Assembly (NCBI RefSeq): GCF_002803295.2
Contig: NZ_PGGB02000007.1
Span: 57,414 to 89,413 of the forward strand
Origin: Caedibacter taeniospiralis
Lineage (GTDB): Bacteria; Pseudomonadota; Gammaproteobacteria; Francisellales; Francisellaceae
Direction of reading: 5' to 3'
Length of the DNA: 32,000 nucleotides
Shown piece after piece: positions 10,549-19,590 of this stretch. Each line of letters opens with the position of its first letter. Positions within the stretch are counted from its first letter, which is position 1. The notes beneath the pieces were generated by a model. That model searched no databases. It was not told the DNA's origin and worked only from the letters and a program-made list of their open reading frames with translations. The translations under genes were made by a program, and so were the position numbers.

Positions 10549-11164
10549 AAATACTCACATCCCCACTGCCAACGCGAAGCACGGTTGCGGGAGTTTCTGT
10601 CATATCGACAACGGTTGTTGGTTCATAGCCGCAATAGTCAGATTCCAAAATATAGTCAATCATCTGAGCACAAGGCTCATTGGCAAAGTCCTCACTATAT
10701 ACCAGCGCCGTGACCTCACCTGGCAAAATAAAGGTGGTACTTAACAATGGTTCGCCCAGCGCCTCACTAATCATGAGAGGCACAGGATGCTCTGGCACAC
10801 GGATGCCGATGGTTTTTTTGCTTTTGTTAAGCATGAGTCCTGGCACTTTGCTGGTTGCAGATAAAATAAAGGTATAGCCCCCTGGGGTGGCTCGCTTTAA
10901 CAAGCGATATGCCGTGTTATCCACCCTGGCATAATGGGCAATCTCTGATAAGTCACGACAGATCAGGGTAAAGTTATGCTTATCGTCCAGATCACGAATT
11001 TTCTTGATTTGCTGCAAGGGTTTTTTTAAACCCATTTTGCATCCCAAGGCATAACCTGAGTCTGTCGGATAGGCAATGACCTTACCCTCTTTTAATGCCT
11101 GGACGATTTCAGTTAATAGCGCCTTATTTGATGAGTATGGATTTATTTCAATATATTGGCTCAT
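10541..11164 (-). CDS. L-threonylcarbamoyladenylate synthase-type protein (TsaC/YciO/Sua5 family)
   Basis: GKVIAYPTDSGYALGC, RATPGGYTFIL, KKTIGIRVPEHPVPL, ATVLRVGSG. I cannot assign TsaC versus YciO confidently. Confidence 0.88.
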   Translation of the reverse strand: MSQYIEINPYSSNKALLTEIVQALKEGKVIAYPTDSGYALGCKMGLKKPLQQIKKIRDLDDKHNFTLICRDLSEIAHYARVDNTAYRLLKRATPGGYTFILSATSKVPGLMLNKSKKTIGIRVPEHPVPLMISEALGEPLLSTTFILPGEVTALVYSEDFANEPCAQMIDYILESDYCGYEPTTVVDMTETPATVLRVGSGDVSIFE

Positions 11165-11234
11165 GGCGCATTCTTACTTTATACTGTTGCGAAAATTTGT
11201 GCCAAGTGTACCACCAACCCTCCCTGGAGAGAAC

Positions 11235-11771
11235 ATGAAGAAACTGCTTTTTGACTTTTTCCCAATTATCATCTTTTTTGTGATCTATAAAATGTATGAC
11301 ATCTATATGGCGACGGTTGCTTTGATTATCGCCACAGCGATTCAGTTGACCTACGAGGTAATCCGCTACAAAAAAGTTTCAATGATGCACGTCATTACGT
11401 TTGTACTTGTGCTTATCTTAGGTGGTGCAACAGTGTATTTCCATGATGAAGCACTAATTAAATGGAAGGTTACCATTGTAAATTGGCTATTTGGGGTGAT
11501 TTTTCTCTTCTCTACGTATCTTATGCAAAAACCGATTATTCAACGCTTAATGGAAGAAAATATCGAGCTTCCCCAAAAAATCTGGAAACGTTTAAATAAT
11601 ATCTGGGGCGTGTTTTTTCTGATCTTAGGAGCGATCAATCTTTTTGTGGCTTACACCTTCTCAACGGATATCTGGGTAGACTTCAAACTCTTTGGCATGC
11701 TTGGACTCACCCTGGTGTTTGTAATTGCCCAAGGTGTTTTTCTCTCTAAGCATATTGAGCATAAAAAATAA
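11235..11771 (+). CDS. yciB: Inner membrane-spanning protein YciB (intracellular septation protein A family)
   Basis: MKKLLFDFFPIIIFFVIYKMYDIYMATVALIIATAIQLTYEV and KPIIQRLMEENIELP. ATG at 11235 has an upstream ggaga RBS; the ORF track extends to 11076. Confidence 0.94.
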   Translation: MKKLLFDFFPIIIFFVIYKMYDIYMATVALIIATAIQLTYEVIRYKKVSMMHVITFVLVLILGGATVYFHDEALIKWKVTIVNWLFGVIFLFSTYLMQKPIIQRLMEENIELPQKIWKRLNNIWGVFFLILGAINLFVAYTFSTDIWVDFKLFGMLGLTLVFVIAQGVFLSKHIEHKK

Positions 11772-11906
11772 TGTCCTGATTAACATCGACTCGGGGGAGG
11801 CGACTCGGCTAAAGACGCAGGGATAATTGTGTGCGTATTTTTATTGCCACAGCAGGCTTTTCCTATGCTAAACTTGGACGCAAAAAATTGCATTAAAGAG
11901 ATCCTT

Positions 11907-12101
11907 ATGTCTATACAAAAAAACATCCAAATCATCCAAGTACCACATGGTCAGCGCATCTGCTGCCCTATTCCAGAACAAGCCTCGTGGAATCAGCATC
12001 CACGTGTGTATATAGACCTAAACGACAACGATGAAGGGGTATGCCCTTACTGCAGCACACGCTTTGTTAGCAGAAAAAATTTCCCAGGATCACATGAATA
12101 A
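11907..12101 (+). CDS. Zinc-finger domain-containing protein
   Basis: MSIQKNIQIIQVPHGQRICCPIPEQASWNQHPRVYIDL...GVCPYCSTRFV; CPYC zinc ligand pattern. Internal ATG preferred. Confidence 0.8.
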   Translation: MSIQKNIQIIQVPHGQRICCPIPEQASWNQHPRVYIDLNDNDEGVCPYCSTRFVSRKNFPGSHE

Positions 12102-13149
12102 ATACTTGATTATTGCACCAAGCTGGGTAGGTGATATGGTGATGTCACAGTCTCTTTATCGCTACCTTAAACAGCTTGATCCTGAGTGTGTTATCGATAT
12201 TGCCGCACCAAAGCACTGCTGTGAGCTTACGCAATTTATGCCTGAGATTAACCAGACCTTCCCACTTGAGTTTAAGCACGGCGAATTTGGATTTCATGTT
12301 CGTAAACAAAAGGCGTGTGATTTTCGTCATCAAGGATATACCACGGCTATTGTCTTGCCCAATTCATGGAAATCTGCACTTATTCCTTTTTTTGCCAAAA
12401 TTAAAAAACGTACAGGCTGGCAGGGTGAGGCACGATTTTTTTTGTTAAATGATCGCAGACGCTTAAATAAAAGCAAATATCCTTTAATGATTGAGCGCTT
12501 TTGCGCATTGGCAATTGCCAAAACAGAAGACTTATCCCATGAGCTCCCTTTTCCTAAATTTGAATTAGAGGCTTCAAAAATTGATATAACTTTAGCTAAA
12601 TATCGTCTCATAAATAACAATAAGATTGTTGCTCTTTGCCCAGGTGCTGAGTTTGGTCCTGCGAAAAAATGGTCAACTGCTCATTACACAGAGCTCGCTC
12701 AATATTTACTAGATAGAAATTATCAAGTGATCTTATTGGGAGGCGCCAAAGATCAACAGACCACATCCGACATTAGCAAAAGCTGTAACCATCACGCCCA
12801 TTTATTTAATCTTGCGGGAAAAACATCACTCTCAGAAGTCGTCTATTTGTTAGCAAGCTGTGAGAAAGTCGTCAGTAACGATTCAGGACTCATGCACATT
12901 GCCTGTGCGCTTAACATTCCAACACTTGTCATTTACGGTTCAACTTCAGATAAATTCACCCCACCACTTAGTAATAAAGCAAAAAGCATCTATCTTCACA
13001 ATCTTCCGTGCCGCCCTTGCTTTAAGCGCGAATGCCCCTTAGGGCACATGGATTGCCTGAATAAGCTCACCCCTAAACTGGTTATTGCTGAGCTTGAGAA
13101 ATTGCCACCAAACTTGCCAGTATCATACTCGCATAGTCAGGATTACTAG
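12094..13149 (+). CDS. waaF: Lipopolysaccharide heptosyltransferase II
   Basis: MNKYLIIAPSWVGDMVMSQSLYRYLK; CPGAEFGPAKKWSTAHYTELAQYL; GLMHIACALNIPTLVIYGSTS. Confidence 0.92.
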   Translation: MNKYLIIAPSWVGDMVMSQSLYRYLKQLDPECVIDIAAPKHCCELTQFMPEINQTFPLEFKHGEFGFHVRKQKACDFRHQGYTTAIVLPNSWKSALIPFFAKIKKRTGWQGEARFFLLNDRRRLNKSKYPLMIERFCALAIAKTEDLSHELPFPKFELEASKIDITLAKYRLINNNKIVALCPGAEFGPAKKWSTAHYTELAQYLLDRNYQVILLGGAKDQQTTSDISKSCNHHAHLFNLAGKTSLSEVVYLLASCEKVVSNDSGLMHIACALNIPTLVIYGSTSDKFTPPLSNKAKSIYLHNLPCRPCFKRECPLGHMDCLNKLTPKLVIAELEKLPPNLPVSYSHSQDY

Positions 13150-13648
13150 GCACCCCTTCAACTTGCGCCATAGCTTCCTGGAAGGATTTTGAGCTTATTG
13201 TCAGTGAACAGCGTTGCAATGAAGGTAATGCCATTTTAATGGCAGGATATAGCTTATCGTCGATCTGTGAGATCACTGCCCTTAATTTTGTTAAATCGAC
13301 GTCCTTCTGATTAAAGCTTTTTGCATCAGCCGACCACTTAGCCAACCAATATTGCTCAATAAACTTTGACATATCCATCTGTATCTGCGTAAAAACCAGC
13401 GTTGGGTAGGCTGGCAGCATTTCTTTATCTGCAATAATTTTAACGTTTTGCAACACTTGAAGTTCACGATCTGGAGCATAAATACCACTTTTTTTGATAA
13501 ACTTATCCGCAGCAACCAACTGCATCACTTGTGCCCTTTGTGCAATCAGATCAAATGCCATGGTTAATTTAGTATTATCACACTCAGTGGCTTGCGCTGT
13601 GCTGCTCAATATTACTGCCATGAAACAAACCCTCTTTAATATACCCAT
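13082..13648 (-). CDS. Gamma-class (periplasmic) chorismate mutase, AroQ-gamma-like
   Basis: MGILKRVCFMAVILSSTAQA signal peptide, then LIAQRAQVMQLVAADKFIKKSGIYAPDRELQVLQNV...FTQIQMDMSKFIEQYW, matching the secreted AroQ layout. ORF track extends to 13951. Confidence 0.72.
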   Translation of the reverse strand: MGILKRVCFMAVILSSTAQATECDNTKLTMAFDLIAQRAQVMQLVAADKFIKKSGIYAPDRELQVLQNVKIIADKEMLPAYPTLVFTQIQMDMSKFIEQYWLAKWSADAKSFNQKDVDLTKLRAVISQIDDKLYPAIKMALPSLQRCSLTISSKSFQEAMAQVEGVPSNPDYASMILASLVAISQAQQ

Positions 13649-13853
13649 CGCAAACCATTTTACAGACTTTCTGACATTGCATTTTGGCTGATTTTGAGTG
13701 ACTGAATTTTGATAATAGAGCTTGCTATTACCTGCAATCCAGTCATTCAAAATCCTCACAAACTGCTTTCCCATAAATCCCGCAAAATGATTTACGATGG
13801 GTATAGATATTTTCTGACGAAACAATACCTCCTCCCATAATCGCGTGTTGCGT

Positions 13854-13876
13854 AAGGGCGTATTGCATACGCCCTT
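13854..13876. repeat. Hairpin aagggcgta-ttgca-tacgccctt (9-bp stem)
   Basis: Direct reading; related motif at 30391..30413. Confidence 0.7.
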
Positions 13877-14066
13877 GTGCTTATTCAAATAACAGCGTGA
13901 GGTGACTTTTCCCACATTCGTAATCCCCGCCTTTTGCCACCTTTTTCCCAAATATATCTACATTCCTGGTGCAAAGCCAGCAGAATTTTAGAACCCCGCT
14001 TTTAATTTTGTGTATACTGCAAAGCTATGCTGTACCAGGCAGTATATCAAATTTTAATGTGGAGAG

Positions 14067-14552
14067 ATGACCATGGAAAATATTGCAAGTTTTAACATAG
14101 ATCACTTAAGATTAAAGCGTGGGATATACGTTTCACGCATTGATCGCTTTGATGTGGCAGTTATTACAACATTTGATATCCGCATGAAAGAACCGAATAA
14201 CGAACCTGTGATTGATATTCCTGCCCTTCACACGTTAGAGCATCTGGGGGCCTCTTTTCTAAGAAACCATACGCAATGGAAAGAGAAAACCAGCTACTTT
14301 GGTCCTATGGGATGCCGCACAGGGTTTTATGCCCTGTTTTCAGGCTCTCTTACCAGCACTGACATTATTCCGCTGATAAAAAAATTATTTCATTTTTGTG
14401 CTGATTTTCGCGGTAAAGTCCCTGGTTGCTCTGCTGCTGAGTGTGGCAACTGGAGGGATCACAACCTTGACATGGCACAATATGAAGCCAAAAAGTTTAT
14501 CGGCGAAGTTTTGAACAAGCTGCAAGCTGAGAATCTTAACTATCCTCAATAA
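14067..14552 (+). CDS. luxS: S-ribosylhomocysteine lyase
   Basis: FNIDHLRLKRGIYVSRID, HTLEHLGASFLRNH, FGPMGCRTGFYAL; good RBS (ggagag). Confidence 0.97.
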   Translation: MTMENIASFNIDHLRLKRGIYVSRIDRFDVAVITTFDIRMKEPNNEPVIDIPALHTLEHLGASFLRNHTQWKEKTSYFGPMGCRTGFYALFSGSLTSTDIIPLIKKLFHFCADFRGKVPGCSAAECGNWRDHNLDMAQYEAKKFIGEVLNKLQAENLNYPQ

Positions 14553-14590
14553 CTCTAGTGATTAAGTTGGAAACACCCTGAGTGATTACC

Positions 14591-15601
14591 TTATTTTAAC
14601 CAGGTTTTTGATTTTTGATGGGCAATCTCACGCACCAGTTTTGGCACTAAATAGCCTGAGGTAATCGCTTTTAACTCATGATGAATTGCTTTGGCTTTTT
14701 CTTCATCAACATCAAAATGCTGCACCCCCTTTACTTTGTCTAGTACATGCAAGTAATAAGGCAATACACCTGCTTCAAATAGACGCTCTGACAACGCTTT
14801 CAACACTTCAGCATTATCATTAACGCCTTTAAGTAACGTTGCTTGATTTAAAATGCTAAATCCTGCTTCTTTTAACTGCTTAAATGCGCCAATCACATCC
14901 GCGGCAATTTCATTGCCATGATTGGCATGCACTACCATAATTTTTTGTAAGTGCGTCTTGTTAAATACTGCTAAGAATTCTTTCGTAACCCTCTTGGGTA
15001 ATACGATTGGGATTCTCGTATGAATTCGCAACCGCTTAATGTGAGGAATTGATTCTGTTTGTGCTACAAACCAGCTTAAGCGTTCATCATTGTGTAACAA
15101 AGGATCTCCCCCCGAAAAAATCACCTCATCAAGCTCTGCATGTTCTCTAATATAGTTAAATACGTGCGACCAGCTTTCTTTGGATTGAGTTTGAGCCTGG
15201 TAATCATATTCCCGACGAAAACAATATCGACAATGCACCGCACAGGCAGGATGCAACATCAGTAAAATCCGATTATGGTATTTGCGCAAAGCCCCTTTCA
15301 CAGGATTAAACTCACGTTCAGAGAGTGGGTCACTCACATAGTTATCTGCTCGATCAAGCTCAAATTTATCCGCTAGCACTTGTTTTAATAAGGGATCATT
15401 AATATCCCCTTTTTTCATTCTCAAGGCAAAACTATACGGTATACGCATTGGAAAGTTTTCGATGACAGGGACCCTGTAGCTATTTGGGTTTAATTCTAAA
15501 AACCGTGCTAAGGTTTGCCAATCTTTAAAGCCTTGATTTAAGGCAATTTTCCAATCTGCGCTGGCTTTATCCTGTTGCCCCTCTGGTTTTTCGTGTATCA
15601 T
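14591..15601 (-). CDS. epmB: EF-P beta-lysylation protein EpmB (lysine 2,3-aminomutase-like radical SAM)
   Basis: HPACAVHCRYCFRREYDY (CxxxCxxC), FSGGDPLL, LPYYLHVLDKVKG. Start at internal ATG 15601; ORF track extends to 15742. Confidence 0.93.
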   Translation of the reverse strand: MIHEKPEGQQDKASADWKIALNQGFKDWQTLARFLELNPNSYRVPVIENFPMRIPYSFALRMKKGDINDPLLKQVLADKFELDRADNYVSDPLSEREFNPVKGALRKYHNRILLMLHPACAVHCRYCFRREYDYQAQTQSKESWSHVFNYIREHAELDEVIFSGGDPLLHNDERLSWFVAQTESIPHIKRLRIHTRIPIVLPKRVTKEFLAVFNKTHLQKIMVVHANHGNEIAADVIGAFKQLKEAGFSILNQATLLKGVNDNAEVLKALSERLFEAGVLPYYLHVLDKVKGVQHFDVDEEKAKAIHHELKAITSGYLVPKLVREIAHQKSKTWLK

Positions 15602-15650
15602 GTTCGGCGTTTTGAAATGAAGTAGCGCTAATATACTAGAGAGGATAGAG

Positions 15651-16220
15651 ATGGCAAGTTTTAGTACAAATGAATTTAAAAATGGCTTGAAATTATTAAT
15701 CGATGGCAACCCAATGGCAATTGTTGAGAATGAATTTGTCAAACCAGGTAAAGGTCAGGCGTTTAATCGTGTTAAATTGCGTAACTTAAAAAATGGTCGT
15801 GTCATTGAGAAAACATTCAAATCAGGGGAATCTGTTGACGGTGCTGATGTACTTGAAGTTGCCGCAAGTTACTCGTACTTTGATGGTGAGTATTACGTGT
15901 TTATGCAGGATGAAACCTTTGAACAATATAATATTAACGAGACGGCTTTGGGCGAAAGTAAAAAATGGATTAAAGAACAGGATCCCTGCTCAATCACACT
16001 ATTTAATGGTGAGCCGATCAGCGTCACCCCGCCTAATTTTGTCCAATTAAAAATTGTTGAAACTGATCCAGGTCTAAAAGGTGACACCGCAGGCTCTGGT
16101 GGCAAACCTGCAACTCTAGAAACAGGGGCTGTAGTGAAAGTTCCGTTATTTGTCCAAATCAATGAAGTGATCAAGGTTGATACGCGCACAGGTGAATACG
16201 TTTCTCGCGCAAGGGAGTAA
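15651..16220 (+). CDS. efp: Elongation factor P
   Basis: 189 aa; [45 protein letters not shown]...[13 protein letters not shown]. Confidence 0.97.
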   Translation: MASFSTNEFKNGLKLLIDGNPMAIVENEFVKPGKGQAFNRVKLRNLKNGRVIEKTFKSGESVDGADVLEVAASYSYFDGEYYVFMQDETFEQYNINETALGESKKWIKEQDPCSITLFNGEPISVTPPNFVQLKIVETDPGLKGDTAGSGGKPATLETGAVVKVPLFVQINEVIKVDTRTGEYVSRARE

Positions 16221-16224
16221 GCCC

Positions 16225-16776
16225 GTGAGTGAAACGACTGAGCCCAAAAGCAATCTCATTTGGCTTGATCTTGAGATGACAGGTCTTGAGATTGAGCGTT
16301 GTCATATTATTGAGATTGCTGCCATCATCACCGATCCAAACCTGAATGTACTGGCAGAATCGCCTGCCATTGCAATTCACCAAAGTGATGATGTTTTAGC
16401 CAATATGAACTCGTGGTGCATAAAGGCTCATGGTGAATCTGGATTAACTGCGCGCGTGCGTCAAAGTAAGGTGGGTACGAGCGAAGCTGAAAAGCAAATA
16501 CTTGATTTCATTAAACCCCATGTCAATAAAGGTCAATCGCCCTTGTGCGGCAATTCTATCTGGCAGGATCGCAAGTTTTTAGCCAAATATATGCCGACAC
16601 TTGAAGGTTACTTTCACTATCGTTTGTTTGATGTCAGCTCATTTAAAATCGCAGCATCATTATGGAAACCCGAACTTCTAGAACAATTTACCAAAAAAAA
16701 TACTCACCTGGCATTGGATGATATAAAAGAATCAATCGAAGAAATGAAGTTTTATCGAGACCATTTTTTAAACTAA
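16225..16776 (+). CDS. orn: Oligoribonuclease
   Basis: [28 protein letters not shown]; [19 protein letters not shown]; [13 protein letters not shown] start at 16225 is plausible. Confidence 0.95.
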   Translation: MSETTEPKSNLIWLDLEMTGLEIERCHIIEIAAIITDPNLNVLAESPAIAIHQSDDVLANMNSWCIKAHGESGLTARVRQSKVGTSEAEKQILDFIKPHVNKGQSPLCGNSIWQDRKFLAKYMPTLEGYFHYRLFDVSSFKIAASLWKPELLEQFTKKNTHLALDDIKESIEEMKFYRDHFLN

Positions 16777-16965
16777 ATTGTCGATATTAGATATGATCAC
16801 TGAGCAAATAATGCCTATTACACTTCAAGTTATTTTGACTTGGCTCTTTTGGTGTTTCAGGGAGGTATAAAAAAAGTGATGACGGTGTTGTTTAATTCCC
16901 ATAAATATCGTAGTTTTATGACAATTAATTCAAACCTGGCACAGCTCAGGTAAAGGGATAACGAA

Positions 16966-17100
16966 GTGATTAAGATTCAAGATTTGCTAGATGAACAGTA
17001 ATGTTATGAAAAGGTGCGCGCATTACGTTGGGCAGATGGAGTGAGCTGTCCACATTGTATGGCGTCATCAGAAGAAATTGTAAAGAGAAGAAAAATTTAA
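16966..17100 (+). pseudogene. N-terminal zinc-ribbon fragment of an IS1595-like transposase, with an internal stop
   Basis: Reading from GTG 16966: VIKIQDLLDEQ*CYEKVRALRWADGVSCPHCMASSEEIVKRRKI*; ALRWADGVSCPHC is the typical IS1595-family N-terminus. Confidence 0.65.
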
Positions 17101-17235
17101 ATGCGTGAGAATTACGTTTTAAACAGAAATAAGCAATTAGTTAAAGACTATAAAACTGTCGGTTCCACATTAGTAGCTAGTCTCAAAGTAATTAATAATA
17201 CAACAAGTATTAAAGTATAACAAATGAAAATAAAT

Positions 17236-17550
17236 AGGGTGCCTCGGGCCTCATGATAGATTTTGTATATCCATACACAAAATCGAATCGGCTATCCTCG
17301 GCGGTATAAATTTTGCCCGGGCCGCCCGCCTCAACGGTGCTTGTCCTCACAAATTCGCTACGCTCATTCCGAACAGACAACACGTTTCCGATTCTACTCT
17401 ACGCCTTGGGTAAAAGCTTTTTCACAGACTTCGCTCTGGCGCCTTCGGCACGTCGCTTGCTGATCAACAGCGCAAGGCTACCCGGGTCTACTCGCCCTCG
17501 CGTTCCGCTATCCATGGCTCGCAGCGATTGAAGAAGTAATAATATTCAAC
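17236..17550. repeat. Interspersed repeat element (agggtgcctcgggcctcatgatagattttgtatatccatacacaaaatcgaat...), first copy
   Basis: The first 53 nt (17236..17288) are identical to 31948..32000. The 3' boundary (~17550) is estimated from where transposase homology resumes. Confidence 0.75.
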
Positions 17551-17561
17551 GAACATAAAAC

Positions 17562-17951
17562 TTGCAAATTGATATATCTATCACAAAACGATTGAACTCT
17601 GAGAAGGAATTGCTGAAATCAGCGAGTTGGTTTTACTTAAAGGTGATAATGTATGCGATGAAGTGTACGTTGTTGCCGGACACAAAAGGTCAGCCAGCTC
17701 AGGTTAAAAAAGGTCGCAAAGGCAGGAGAAACCGATTGAAAGGAGCAAGAGGTCGAGGCACTTTGGAGAAAGAAAAGCCTCCTATATTTGGGATGATTCA
17801 ACGTGGAGGAGAAGTGGTTATTCAGATGCCTCCTGATGTCAAACAAAAGACGATTAAACCGCATATTGAAGCGTGCATACAGCCTGGTAGCAAGGTATAT
17901 ACAGACGAGTATGCAATCTATTCCAATTTAACGAGTTATTGTCAAATTTAG
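17562..17951 (+). pseudogene. Frameshifted, C-terminally truncated IS1595-like transposase fragment
   Basis: KGQPAQVKKGRKGRRNRLKGARGRGTLEKEKPPIFGMIQRGGEVVIQM...SKVYTDEYAIYSNL. The upstream part GDNVCDEVYVVAGHK is in another frame; an extra A in cacaaaagg separates them. Confidence 0.85.
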
Positions 17952-17959
17952 TGTATGGC

Positions 17960-18145
17960 TTAAGCGGCATTTTGTTTATCCTGTTTTATTTTGTCTACTT
18001 CATGCTCAGAGATCCCATCAATAAATTTAACCATATTAATCACCTCAGCCAGTCGCTGATGGCCTCTTAATCTCGACCAGGTTTTCTCAGCCTGTCTAGC
18101 AAGTTTAAAGAAAGCGCAAAGTAGCTTTGGGTAATCAGGCATCAT
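17960..18145 (-). pseudogene. C-terminal remnant of an IS256/Mutator-type transposase
   Basis: FFKLARQAEKTWSRLRGHQRLAEVINMVKFIDGI resembles the IS256-family C-terminus (AWRRLRGH...GVKFxDGI). Confidence 0.65.
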
Positions 18146-18174
18146 TTTGCTGGAACGGTACTCTGCGACAGAAC

Positions 18175-18855
18175 TTACCTGTTTATTGAGTAATTTTGGT
18201 TAATTCGGTTTTCAAAGTCTTGTTTTGATTCAAACATAGTCTTGAAGGGTGTGTTGAAAGGCTCTTTTGTTTCCGTAAAATATCCCTCTACAATATTATT
18301 TGACCAATTTTTGTCTTTCGATTTCATATTCATTATTTCGTACGCCTTTTTAGACGAAATTTCATTAATTTGGTTTAAAGTAAAATGGTTATACCTCCCC
18401 TTTTCATCATGTGTTTTGAAATACTTTGAAAGTTCATGTGTTGATATTTCATATACTCCTTTATTAGGTTCAAAGTATAACGATTTTTCGCTGTTAATTA
18501 CATTAACTGCTATTATATGACCTGTTTCTTTTTTATCGTGTCGCATCTCTATATTATAAAGCCCTGGAGGAGAATTGATAATTAAATTTGCTAAGGTCTC
18601 CATGGTATTTGATTTGAATAAAGTTTTACTTTCTAAAAACTGTTCAGCATAAATTTTATCTTCATCTTCTTTTATTAGACTAACTTTAGTTTGTATCAGA
18701 TCAGCAATAGTTGAACTTACATAAGCATCTTTTGTTTTTTTTACGAGCTGGTTGTGTGAAAAGTTAACGACAGCTCCAAAGCACCTCCCACCTACAGGAG
18801 CACCTAAAAATGCTTTTCCACGGTTATTAAATGTTATCAGTTTTTTTTGGGGCAT
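18175..18855 (-). CDS. Putative papain-like cysteine protease of the YopT/C58 type (candidate secreted effector)
   Basis: 226 aa with GGRCFGAVVNF (Cys), KETGHIIAVNV (His), YFEPNKGVYEI (FDPNxG-like), in the order expected for peptidase C58. Confidence 0.5.
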   Translation of the reverse strand: MPQKKLITFNNRGKAFLGAPVGGRCFGAVVNFSHNQLVKKTKDAYVSSTIADLIQTKVSLIKEDEDKIYAEQFLESKTLFKSNTMETLANLIINSPPGLYNIEMRHDKKETGHIIAVNVINSEKSLYFEPNKGVYEISTHELSKYFKTHDEKGRYNHFTLNQINEISSKKAYEIMNMKSKDKNWSNNIVEGYFTETKEPFNTPFKTMFESKQDFENRINQNYSINR

Positions 18856-19130
18856 TATTTTATTCCTTATTTGTTTGTGATGTCATGTTAGCGAATTCAG
18901 TGTAAATAAGATATGTTTGAAGATCAAGACCATTGAATTAAAGTCATCAAAATGACTGGGCTCTTCTGCGTTTCTTGTTGGTATGGAATTCAGTAGCCAT
19001 AAGGGTTAGAATGAGTGTAGTAAAGCAAAACAGCCCTGCAACCTAGTAAAGATAAGCGACCAATCAGCAAGTTCTTTTCCGTTTTTTCTTACTCGACCAA
19101 ATAGCTATTGCCACTATCATCATATATAGC

Positions 19131-19508
19131 TTATTCCATAAATACTTTACGTATTGCTTGTGTAATCGCCTCTGCATATCCCAATAAAAAACCGGTGAAA
19201 AAATTACAAAAATAATGAATATCTTCTTTAGAAAAGAGCTCGTCATTTGGAGCGTGATAAGCCTCACTAGATCCTGATTCAGAGGTGTCGACTATTTGTC
19301 TTATATCGAACTCTATATAAGACCGCATATGAAACATGTGCAACAAATAAGCGCTGGATTTTGCCTCTTTTTGCACCTCTAACTCAAACATGAAGCTAAA
19401 TGATCCCTTCCAAGAATCATAATATCCATCACTATATCCTGTGGGGGATTTTAAGGATTGATATATTTTGGGGAGGTTAAGAACATCCTCGGACAAAATA
19501 TGCCCCAC
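19131..19508 (-). CDS. Hypothetical protein
   Basis: 125 aa ORF of ordinary composition; no family recognised. Confidence 0.4.
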   Translation of the reverse strand: MGHILSEDVLNLPKIYQSLKSPTGYSDGYYDSWKGSFSFMFELEVQKEAKSSAYLLHMFHMRSYIEFDIRQIVDTSESGSSEAYHAPNDELFSKEDIHYFCNFFTGFLLGYAEAITQAIRKVFME

Positions 19509-19590
19509 CGAAAAATAATTCGTGGGAACGAGGAGATAACTCAGTCAAGTGTGACTATTTTGCTTTAGGCATCACTTGTTGCATAAAACC

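Noticed and set aside
17263-17531. ORFs 17263..17463 and 17313..17531 in the dispersed repeat
   Set aside because: They overlap in different frames, lie inside a repeat, and have unconvincing composition (Arg/Pro/Ser rich).
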